Source of the DNA: Podarcis filfolensis
Lineage: Eukaryota
Reading direction: 5' to 3' (one strand)
DNA length: 64,000 nucleotides
Assembly: GCA_964270895.1 (NCBI GenBank)
Contig: OZ185444.1
How positions within the stretch are numbered: position 1 is the stretch's first letter; the number at the start of each line of letters is the position of its first letter. The notes beneath the pieces are model-generated. The model made no database searches. It saw only the letters and a program-made list of their open reading frames with translations, and was not told the DNA's origin. Position numbers and translations under genes: made by a program. Positions 24,960 to 35,263 of the stretch are shown in pieces.

Positions 24960-25095
24960 GTGAGGTTCTTTTCTCTCATGTCTTGCTAGTGCATTTCACT
25001 ACCAGCTTAAAGAGTTTTCTAACATCTTGTAGTTGTGTTCTGTCTCTCTTCTCTTCTCCTTGTTCTTCCCCTCTTTTATTTTTGTTTTATCACAG

Positions 25096-25167
25096 GGTGT
25101 GTGAAGTTTAACTGTGCATCTGAGCGGGTGACATTCAAGCCTGGTGGCAGGAGGACCCGATTTCTGA
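25096..25167 (+). CDS. WNK1: WNK1 alternative exon 26a
   Basis: cacAG|GG TGT (CVKFNCASERVTFKPGGRRTRFL) to A|GTacgc; 72 nt, phase 1-1. Matches the recalled mammalian 26a peptide. Confidence 0.88.
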
Positions 25168-25682
25168 GTACGCCCTGCTTGGCTCTTTGTGTGTAACACC
25201 TTTACTCCTTCCTCGTCTTTTTGTTTTCTGCTACTTGGATCTGTTGTCACATGCTGTCCATTCACATCTGCCTTCTTGTGTCTCTCCAACCCCAGGGCTT
25301 GGCTGAGTTGCTCTTAAGTATATCCTCCAGAAAGCTGTCTTAAAAAAATTATTGTGCTGCTCAGCCAAAAGGCTACGATGATAGTGGCCTACGTTTTTCA
25401 AGTTTTAATGATGCTTTGGGTAGCAAACTCCTTTCCTCAGTTTATAGTCTTCCCTGTAGTAACTGCAGGGAAGGCCATGATGGAACCTTTCCTAGTGGTT
25501 CAGCTGGGGTTCTGTGCAGACCTGGGCCAGTTTGCATAACTCTGAAGAGGCACAGCCAGCTGTTTATTTGTTTGGGCTGAATGTGTATGTGGCAGTGACT
25601 GTCACACTGCTTCAACATGCATAGCAGCAATTCAGGGTTGAGGGCTGTGTCTATTGTTGAATTGGTGCTCATGATGGAACAT

Positions 25683-25775
25683 TTCATAGAATTGTAGAGT
25701 TGGAAAGTTTCCCAAGGGTCATCTAGCTCAACCCTTTGCAGTGCAGGAATCTTAGCTAAAGCATCCATGCCAGAT
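25683..25775 (-). mobile_element. CR1-type 3' end fragment
   Basis: TCATAGAATTGTAGAGTTGGAA...GGGTCATCTAG...TGCAGGAATC, the same tail as the SINEs at 873 and 37328. Confidence 0.6.
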
Positions 25776-26688
25776 GTCTCCTGCTTTTCCACCAAAGGAC
25801 TTGAAATCAAGACAACAGTCCAGGAAGCAGTGTGACTAGTATCTACTTTTGGAGCTATGGGCATTGTACCTTGTTACTCCTGTTGGAGGGAATTGCTAGC
25901 TTTTTTTGCCACTTCACCCCACCAGCTCAATTCTTAGCAGAAGAAAATGTTTAAGGTCCCTGTCTCTTGACTAAAATAGGAACCTGGAAAGGGATTATTT
26001 GTATTAGCTCATGAGTTGCATAGCGATATGATCAGCTTAGCATATGGGTGCCTTATTCAGGTTTAGACATGCAAAACCTACTTCATGTTTTATCAGTTTT
26101 AGTTAAAAGAGTGACTTGTGGGAATGTATTCTTGAATGGGAAGGGCCAGTGTTTGAGAAAGGGTATTCCTTCCCTCTTCCTGTGCTTTGGAAGGGAAATG
26201 TAATCCCTTAATAATTGGGATTAAGATGCTTCCAGCATAAATATTTCTTGTGCTGCATCTCATGTGTTGCTTGGCACACTGTCCTTGCAGAGTATAAAAA
26301 CATGTTCAGCCTGCTTTGCTGGAGCTGTGTATTAAACTTCTGAAATTAATGGCGTTTAAAGGACTATAAGGCACTTAACAAATAATATAGACCTAATAAA
26401 AGGATTAAAATTATAGCCAAAGGAATTGAGCTCTAAAAATAGCTGTTCTACATACATTTAATTGGGTCTGTCTCCAACTTCTACTGAACTAGACAGGGCC
26501 ATGGAAATAGGTGGAAATGGATGGGTCGGTTGTGCTGTGATTCTCCAGCAGTTTGACTTCACCCCCGGAGGCACACTCCATTGTCTCTCAAGACAGACAG
26601 ATGCCAACACGTGTCTATTGAATTGTGTGCTTATGCTGCAGATAGAATACTATTTTCCTGGGTGTGCAAATTGTATTCTTCTTCCCAG

Positions 26689-27233
26689 GCTTAAAAAAAC
26701 CAGCAGGATCTTGGGATCCTATTTTTGAAGAGCATCTGTCCATGTACACTGAGCAGCAGCTCAGCCACGCCAGGGATTTTTCTGTGCCTGTACCTAAAGA
26801 GCCGAGCAGCAGATTCCAGGACAGCCTTGCACAAGGACAGCTACAATGAAAATCATAAGATGATAATATTTGACTTCAGAGAAGTTAAAAGAAACACCTT
26901 TTTAGGATTTGAAGTTGCAGCACTGCTTTAGCCTCATCGTCCTTGGTTTTTAGTTGCTTGGGGCAACTGGAGTGCATATTTGTTATTATTTAAAGTATTT
27001 ATATCCTCCCTTTCAATCCATATGGATCTATAGGGTGGCTGGCCAGCACCCATCATAAAAACTCTTGCAGAACAACATGCAGCTCTTCTCCCCATCTCAG
27101 GCTTCTTAACTGGAAATCTCAATGTGGACAGTATAAGGCAGATCTGAAAGGATCTGCAAAAAATAGTGATAAAGCCAGGACTAAGAACTAGCTTCTCCCA
27201 GAAAATATTGAATTGCAATAAAAGATTAATAAA
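26689..27233 (+). other. Candidate WNK1 alternative terminal exon (coding 26689-26849, then 3'UTR)
   Basis: ttcttcttcccAG|GC TTA opens in phase 1 for 53 further codons (LKKPAGSWDPIFEEHLSMY...QGQLQ*). AATAAA at 27217 and 27228. Confidence 0.4.
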
Positions 27234-28230
27234 AGATCAAGGAGTAGTCATCCTTTATTATTGTGGTGGATAATTAATAAATAGCAAAGATACGGCTAAT
27301 CTTGCTGCACACTTGCTCTAGTTTTAATGTGGCTGTTGAACGGGAGGTACCATTGTGAAGTAAGATCCATGATGGTGAGACAGAAAATGCTACTTTGGTC
27401 TCTGGAAGTAATGGCATATGTGCAATACCTTCAGCTGCATCCCTCAGTTTATTGCAGCTGTCCTGTAAAACAAGGCAGCACTTGTGGAAGCACGGCTTGG
27501 CTTGATGCTCAGTTTGTTTACAGGTTTCTTGTTTTACTGGATTTTGACCCGATATCCTATCACAGATTCTGGGATGGTGGGAAAAGGTTTCTGTTAGAAG
27601 TTAGAAGACAGGGCAAATAACGGGTGGGTTTCTTGATAGCTGGAGAAGAAGTGGAAGAGATTCAACAGGTATGTCCCTACCTCTGGTGGCACTGATGTTC
27701 TAGGAAATAGGGAATCAGAGAACATCAGAATCGAACCATTATAATGTACTCTCAAAACTGCAGGAAGTTTTTATGCCATTCCTTTTTCAGTCAGAAGGAG
27801 AAATCTGATCAGCTGGGCATAAATTAAAGATTTAGTCCAGTGTTCAGTTCAGGATTTGGTTGACTTTCAGTTGAACTGGACTGAAACTTTGTTTCCTCCA
27901 ATCAGTAAGAGTACCTGAACTGTTGTCTGAGACTCATTCAGTCTAACTCACCAAAACCTACTTAATATTGGATGAAATGATTAGGCCACAATCTTAATAC
28001 ATGTGAGAGATACAGGTGCATAAACTAAATGTGAATTTTGTTGCAGCTCCTCCAGTTGCCACTGCATGTCTTGCTAGAAAAGTCCTGAAAGAATCAAAAG
28101 CAGTGTCACCAAAGGACAGGGTCCTGTTGTATTCTCCCCTCTTTATAACCAGGCTATTTGTGCTGTTTGCTTGACACTAAATGTTTCTCACTGTTTCTCC
28201 CTAACAAAATGCTTTCTCTTTGTGCTTCAG

Positions 28231-28272
28231 GGAAGATGGTGAAAAAAGTCTGCCCTTGCAACCAGCTCTGTA
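28231..28272 (+). CDS. WNK1: WNK1 alternative exon 26b
   Basis: Branch CCCTAAC at 28199; cttcAG|GG AAG (KMVKKVCPCNQLC) to A|GTaatt; 42 nt, phase 1-1. Matches the recalled mammalian 26b peptide. Confidence 0.88.
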
Positions 28273-28433
28273 GTAATTATTGCATTTTGGTTACTTCTGA
28301 ACTCTGATTGCCAAGCTGCTGTGTTTCAGTTTTCCTCTGATCTCTGAAGCTTAACCTCCCTGAATCTGTCTTGAGCACAGCATCTGTCTCTTGTGTCCCT
28401 TTCTAACTTGTTTCTGCACTAACACTGCAACAG

Positions 28434-28544
28434 GCCTGGCCACCTCACGACGGCAGTTCCTTGCTGGAATGGCATGTTTTGACTATCAGTCACCTGTGTC
28501 CTCCTTGCTGACGAGGAATGATGCCAAAGTGTACATTAGCACAA
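28434..28544 (+). CDS. Candidate unannotated WNK1 cassette exon ('26c')
   Basis: Branch TTCTAAC at 28401; caacAG|GC CTG (LATSRRQFLAGMACFDYQSPVSSLLTRNDAKVYIST) to A|GTAATT; 111 nt, phase 1-1, no stop. Confidence 0.45.
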
Positions 28545-30447
28545 GTAATTTGCAGCATTTTGGGTCAGAAGGCAAAATCTCCCTCGTTCATGGGCTTTGT
28601 GTACAGTGATCATAGCGGAAGGGGTTTGCCCTAAGCACTGATCCAATTTCAAAAGGAGTTTCCATATCTTACTAAGAGGAAGGGCAAGGACCCAGATGTC
28701 CAGGAGAAAGTGTCATCATCGATGAAGAGTCAGTAAATGGGAGTGAAGCAAATTGGCAGCGTTAAGGTGGGGAAGGGGCAGCAGCGTGTGCAGTGATGTG
28801 ACTCACAGGGCCAGTTAAGCCTCTGCATTTGTTCCGTTGTATGAAGAGCCGAAATAAGTTTCTGTAACGTTTGCTGTGACTGAGCAAGATTGGAGGGAGG
28901 TTTTTCCCCCATGGTCACTGACCTAAGTGCTCGTCAGACTCTTCTTGATGGCTGGTTCAGTAGATGAAGTGTCTCGAGAACTGGCTTCATAATAAACCAG
29001 ACACAAGAGTATTTTCAATACAGCTCACATTTAATATGACATTCCCTCTTACATTTTTGTTTTAGAGGGTTCCTGAGACAATCTGGTGCATTTTCAACAG
29101 CTTGTAAAGTAAAAAGCCAAACATTAACAGACCCCATCTATCACTTCTGGGTTGAAACTCTCTCCCCACCCCCAATTACTTAGAGATGCAAGCAGGGCAG
29201 AGTCTGGGCACTACACTTACCAACAAGAGCTGTGTTTTCTGGCCATCAGGAAGGGGCTGATGGATATGTGCTGGTCCCTGCATGAAATTGTAGTCAGGAG
29301 AATGCACTGATATTTTATTGGTACCATGTATCAAGATTCTTACCACCACCACCACCACATTCTAAAAATCTGTGTTGCCTGTTCCCTCTACTATTCTTCA
29401 GGTTGCTCATTTTTTTTACTTAGATGTGTGTTTGTGTTCCAGTTTCTCTCACACTACATGGCTGAATCTTGTTGCATCACAAGTATAGTTTCCTTTGCAT
29501 GTAACACAGTTACGATCTTATTACTATTAACTCCGCATTCCTTCCTCTCACCTGGGCAGAGGATTCTTCCTCCTTCCTCTTCCCTGCATGTGGATGAGCA
29601 CCACTCCCATCTTATTTAGTAGTTTTTTTGGGGGGGGACTGCTGCGTCTTTCACCACCTTGGCTAGTTTTATCCGCTTGTTTGTATTTCACAATGCAGTG
29701 GCACCTTGCTCAGTTGCTCTAACCAATTATAATGTTTTGAATTCTTGTCTAATCTGGCTTGGATTCAGGGAGGCCAGTTTTATCCCAAAGAATCAAGGGT
29801 CCAGTTAAGTTGCCAGTGCCTATGACTTTGCTTCTGACAGCAAGTTCTTGAGCAGTGGGAATGGATTATCAGTTTTTAGATTTGAGTCTTGTGCAGTGGG
29901 AACTCATGGGTTCCCTCTTTGACTTCTTTTAAAGCTTCGATTCCATTATTTTGACAGTCCCAGGAGCAAGTCGGGTGGAATTAATGTGCTACCTTCTACT
30001 GGTCTAATTGGTGTTTCAGAAGCTGTTTTGCATCAAGTTGTACCTTCACTCCTTCCTTGTGTTGAAATAGGAAGGCCTTTTCAGTTGACTTGAATTGTAC
30101 TTCAGGCTTTCCCAGATGCACTTCTTGTGTACAGTCTTGAGCAATGCAATGGGCTCATTGGCTTCTATACATTGGAGACCGTGTCCTATCTCAGTGATCA
30201 TGGTGCTTGTTACATAGCACATGTGGGGTTCTCAACACTCTTAAACTCTTGCATTTAGGTTGCTGCTTCCTGAATAACCATTTTGGACAAGTAAAAACAA
30301 CTCTTTCACACCATTCCACTACATTTGCTATAGAATGGCCATCACAGCAGAAACTTGGATGCTTTGGATTTCCCTTCATTCTTAGAATTTGATCCTACCA
30401 GGTGCCATATTCTAAATAGAAACAGTTCCTTGCATTTCTCTTTGCAG

Positions 30448-30570
30448 AGCTGTATAAAGTTCTGTATGGCGTGAAACCCAAATGTGCAGGTTCTCCTGGA
30501 AGCTGCCATCTGAGTTGGAAGCACCAGGTGATGGTTTGCCGCTTCCTTTTGGCACTGTTGTGCTTGGACA
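30448..30570 (+). CDS. Candidate unannotated WNK1 cassette exon ('26d')
   Basis: ccttgcatttctctttgcAG|AG CTG (LYKVLYGVKPKCAGSPGSCHLSWKHQVMVCRFLLALLCLD) to A|GTAAGC; 123 nt, phase 1-1, no stop. Confidence 0.5.
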
Positions 30571-31084
30571 GTAAGCCAGCAGGTTCAGGTACATTCACAA
30601 AGATGGAAGTACCTGCCAGTAGTACAATGTCTCGTTCCAATAACGAGTCCCTGGGGCTTCTTAGTTTCCATCTGCAGAGCAGAGCAGCTGTCCGTGCTGA
30701 GTGAGTGGGCAGAGTTGGCAGTAGCATTAACCTGATATAATAGGTGCTTGTTGACAATGTAGAGGAACCCATTAATCATGGACCTGTCATTGATACCAAA
30801 AGCTAGTTCATTCCCCAGTGGAAAATGGCAACGTTGCAGACCACCCACTGATCTGGAAAATAACACACAATTACATGATTAACCTAATAGGAGTGAAACT
30901 GCTAGCTGAGCCCTAAATCCCTTCCTCTTCATTATGTCCTGGTACTGAATTGTAGAATTCATGTGCATGGCTTTTTTTAAACTCTTGCTTTCTCCTATTT
31001 TTCCATTGTAGCTATAGTTTTGATGGCCTTCAGGAGCTATCATGCAGTCAGGTTTAAATGACAGCCATTGCTTTGCTCTTCTAG

Positions 31085-31266
31085 GGACCAGCAGTACAAA
31101 CACTGTTGCGGGTACAGTGAACAGCCAGGCACCTCAGTCTCAGCCTCCTGCCTCTAGTCGAAAAGGGACCTTTACGGATGACCTGCACAAGCTAGTAGAC
31201 AACTGGGCTCGCGATGCCATGAGCCTCTCTGGCAAGAAAGGAGGCAAGGGGCATGGCAATTATGAG
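31085..31266 (+). CDS. WNK1: WNK1 exon 27 (conserved KGTFTDDLHKLVDNWARDAM helix)
   Basis: ctAG|GG ACC to GAG|GTaagt; 182 nt, phase 1-0. Confidence 0.97.
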
Positions 31267-31423
31267 GTAAGTACTTGCTTGGGGCTTTGTGTCTGGTCGT
31301 AGGCACTCAGCCTACTTACAAGTCATTCATGGAAGAAGCTGACACAATTCTGAGGGAGAATCCTCTGTTTTAACCTTGTTTGGCAATTCTGAAATAACCT
31401 CTTGGGTTGGGTTTTGTTTTTAG

Positions 31424-31738
31424 GGCCCAGGAATGGCAAGGAAGTTCTCTGCACCAGGTCAGCTTTGCATCTCGATGACGTCCTCCCTCGGTGCTACACC
31501 CATCTCTGCTGCGTCAGCTACCTCCCTAGGTCACTTCACAAAGGCCATGTGCCCCCCTCAGCCATACGGTTTCCCAGCAGTGCCCTTTGTAGCTCCCTGG
31601 AGCGGGACAGGTGGTCCAGCACCACAGCCTTTAGGCCAGTTCCAGCCTGTAGGTGCCACCTCATTGCAAAGCTTCAACATCAGCAACTTGCAGAAATCCA
31701 TCAGCAACCCCCCTGGCTCTAATCTGCGGACCACTTAA
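31424..31738 (+). CDS. WNK1: WNK1 exon 28, coding part and stop
   Basis: tttAG|GGC CCA GGA ATG (GPGMARKFSAPGQLC...NPPGSNLRTT) TAA. Confidence 0.97.
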   Translation, partial: GPGMARKFSAPGQLCISMTSSLGATPISAASATSLGHFTKAMCPPQPYGFPAVPFVAPWSGTGGPAPQPLGQFQPVGATSLQSFNISNLQKSISNPPGSNLRTT

Positions 31739-34049
31739 TGAGACCCAGGCATGCTGCTGGGTAGACTTGAGGGGGGAGATCGGGCCCTGAATCAACCACT
31801 AGGCTGCAGTGAACTGGCTATTAGCGCCCAAAGGGGGGTGGTGAACTTCCTCCTCTAACCATTGCTCTCTGCTCTCCGTAAGAAAAGCCCTCCATTTTGA
31901 ATATGGGGAGAAGAGTGATCAGGATCTTCCACGATGGGACATGCTTCCTCTCGTCTGTGGCAAGTGTGTAAAGATGAAAGCTACCACACAAGCCAAGGGC
32001 TTCGTGCTGTAAAATTCATTTGGCTTAAGATGCTGAATTTACATGGGTTGAGACGGGAGAATTGTTGTTAGTTTTAGCATGAATCTTTAGTATGCCATTT
32101 GTCTTGCTCTGAGGAATTAAGCCGGGGGTGGGGGGAGCTGTCCATTATTTCCATGTCTCTTCCTTCCGTCAGACCATCACACCGAAGTTCCTGAGCTGAT
32201 GGGGCACAAAAGTGGACTTGCAGAACAGCCCATGCTTTGACATAGGTCATTACTGCTTTAAGTAAAAGATATTAACAGCTTTGACTGCAGCATTAGAGCA
32301 ATTTAAATTGTTTAGAAGACAAATTTTTAAAAAAGTTCCCTGCGGACATGTACTTACCATCAGTTTTGATGTGGAAACACTGTGATATATAAATGTTGTT
32401 GGACAACAGTAGTTTAAAAAAAAAATGAGTGGCATATAGAGGGTTAAACAGTTAAAAAGGAAAAAAAATGGGGGAAAAGCTAGCTATATCCTGATACTTA
32501 TTGGAGACACTTTAACTTTTTTTCCTTTGTATTTTCATTGTATTAGATAAATGTGAATGTATAATTGTATAAATTAATGTACTTGAATACTTGTCTGTTC
32601 TCCCAGTATGCTTGCTGGATATTTTAGTGCCTTGGACTTTTATTGCTTCTACAGTTAGCATCACCTTCCCAGCAGACTTTCGCCAGGCAGAGGGAGGTTA
32701 TTTGGATATAGTCACTGGAATACCAAAGGCATAACACATTGGATGCTTATACTGTAATAGTGTCAAGAGTAGGTGTTGGAGGGGGAGCTATTGCAGCTTT
32801 TGTGTCGGAAGAGTAAAGCTATGGAGTGGTGGGGGAAACTGATGTGTCTGATGCAGCAGCAGCAGTGAGGGATTTATGCGGAGGTGCTGAAGAGAATGAA
32901 CACAGTGACCAGAGTAGAAGCTGGGTTGTTGAGAATAAGGGAAGTGGGGGGAAAAGAGGGACATCTTTGAAGGGGTAAGCACCTACGGGTGGGTTGACTT
33001 TTAAGCTATAAAGGTTTTTTAGTAAGGGTAATGTATGTCAAGGGATTGGAGTGATCACTCTGGAGAGGGAGGGTGTTTGCTGGGATTTGCTCCCCCCCTG
33101 CCCTGCCTGTCAATCCAATCCTGAAAGGCCAGGAACACATCTTCCTGGTGCAGCATCCATTGCTAAGGATGGATACACTTGAAACAGCCAGCATCAAAAA
33201 CAACTTTTTCTTTCTATGTCTAAAGGACTTAAAACTGGTACCAGGACTGTAACTAACTGTGTTGCCTTTTAGTAGGTGTGCTATATCTCCTACTCGCCTT
33301 CCTCTTTCTAACTTAAAATACTGGTTTCCCCGATCAAATGAAATAACTGCAACCAACTAGTATTACTTTGCATTGCAGCAGCAGGCTGTGAAGTCAAAGT
33401 ACTTCTGCTTTGGACTTCGAAGCAGCTTTACTGCTTGGTCTGGAAGTCTGTTTTCTCTTTCCCCACCCCCAGAAGTCCTCTAAAGTTAGCAAGGACATTT
33501 GTTCTTTCTGTATTTCTTTCACTCTTTCCTCAAACATATGCACAAGTCTTTCTTTCTTTTCCCTTTGCCTCAAGTTGAAGTTTACAGTGGTTTTGTCAGG
33601 CAGAGGTAGGATTTGGACCCGGTGGCTGAAAACAAAAGACGCAAGTCTAGGTGGCTGGGATTCAACAACTTTTCAGACTTAAAAAAAAGTCCTCACAGGT
33701 GTGATGGGAAATTCAAGGTGAGGTTGATGTGCAGAAAGCAGGAAGGAGCAATGGATGAAAAGATGCCACCAAATGTTAGAAGATCTAGTCAGCTGAGTGT
33801 TGCACAAGGATAGTATTTTGGTTTAATATGTTTGAGGTCGAGTTTTCACTTAGTTATGCAAGTACTGGTTTTATTTACCATTGATTTCCCTCCTGTGGAT
33901 GAAATAACTGAGGTCTAGAGGAATTAACTAATGCTACTGAACTGTTAAATTATTTTGTGTTATTACACTTTGAATACCTTTTTCCACAAGATCTGTTTCT
34001 GAATTACAGATGTTTTCTTTACATTATTTAACAATGTACACTGTAAAAA

Positions 34050-34204
34050 AATAAAATAAAATGAATTCAAACCTTGGGCTTCCCTGGCCGTAGTTAATGG
34101 TATGTTTTGCACTAAATCCAGGCATTGCGCTTCCTGTATGATTGCGCTTTGTGCTGCAGTTTGTTACCTTCTTTGTAGATATTTAATGAAATCATTCAAA
34201 TAAA
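34050..34204 (+). terminator. WNK1 polyadenylation signals
   Basis: AATAAA at 34050, 34055 and 34199; the last is followed by a GT/T-rich element. Implied 3'UTR about 2.5 kb. Confidence 0.65.
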
Positions 34205-34663
34205 CCAAACCTGCTTTTGTTGAGCTGTGGTTTTTCATTTTCGAATGGCCTTGGTTCTTCCTGTGCCTGAAGCTTAACAATTGTTAGTGTGCTCTTGTTA
34301 CTCCCACTAGCATTATTGTTAACAGTCATTTGAGTTTGAAGGAGTGCAGGTGCCTTCAAACAAATATTTAAATAATACTTGAAAATTTATTATTTGGTTT
34401 CTGAGACTTATACTTTTTGAAAAGATCTTTCCACAGATAACACTTCCATAATAGAAATCTAAAATGGGCAATTTGGTAATAATCAATTTACACTGTAAGG
34501 TCGTGCCAGTAAACCATCTAAGATTGTTGATGTTGACCCATTAAGTGTTTTGTTGGCCTTGCCTCATTAAATTTAAATAATTTGCTTTTACCAAAACACA
34601 CTGCAGAAAAAAGGATAGTACTAATTACCCAGAAAAGTCCTCCAGCCACATATATAACTTATA

Positions 34664-34982
34664 CAGTGGTGCCCCGCAAGACGAAAAACCCGCTAGATGA
34701 AAGGGTTTTCCGTTTTTCGATGCGCTTCGCAAGACGAATTTCCCTATGGGCTTGCTTCGCAAGATGAAAACGTCTTGCGAGTCTTGCGATTTTTTTCGCT
34801 TCCCCCCCTTTTTTCTAAGTCGCTAATAGCCTTTTAGCCGCTAAGCCGCTAAGCCTTTAATAGCCGCTAAACCGCTAATAGCGCTAATCTGCTAAGCCGC
34901 TAATAGGGTTGCTTCGCAAGACGAAAAAACCGCTAGACGAAGAGACTCGTGGAACGGATTTTCGTCTTGCGAGGCACCACTG
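34664..34982. mobile_element. Young Tigger-like MITE between the WNK1 and RAD52 3' ends
   Basis: TA|CAGTGGTGCCCCGCAAGACGAAAA...TTTTCGTCTTGCGAGGCACCACTG|TA, 24-bp TIRs with 1 mismatch; internal CGCAAGACGAA and CCGCTAA repeats. Confidence 0.9.
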
Positions 34983-35263
34983 TAAACTCTATATGCCAAA
35001 ATACAGCATCTTTCCTATACTCTTCACTGGTTCTAAGGAGGAAGATTCAACCCAGGCAGCAACCATTTTGCACAGTGATACCAGTTTTGGCCCTCACAAG
35101 CGCCAGCAGAACATTCATAGGCCGCCCCATTCTGGGTCCAAAAGGGCCTAGGCGTTAGCGGTCACACATCAATTGGATGCATGCAAAATGGCCGTCGTTT
35201 GTATATCAATTCTGAACCTCTTTAGTAAGCTTCGTGTCCAACTATTAGCCTCCAACATTTTTC

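Larger units (their letters stand above)
198..34230 (+). other. WNK1: WNK1 gene, 3' portion (exon 11 through 3'UTR); kinase-domain exons lie upstream of the window
   Basis: 18 constitutive-type exons join in frame (4713 nt including stop). They encode the CCT-like domain, four RFxV motifs, the HLKEIQELQSRQ coiled coil, the FTDDLHKLVDNW motif and the terminal ...PPGSNLRTT*. The 3' end is estimated from AATAAA at 34199. Confidence 0.97.

Noticed and set aside
28047-29620. Other AG sites in the 26-27 interval (28047, 29066, 29101, 29559)
   Set aside because: No matching phase-1 donor or early stops without supporting signals. They are indistinguishable from chance acceptors.
34820-34910. Short (CCGCTAA)-type repeats as a CRISPR-like or telomeric array
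   Set aside because: They are internal repeats of the MITE, with no repeat-spacer structure or cas genes, in a vertebrate context.
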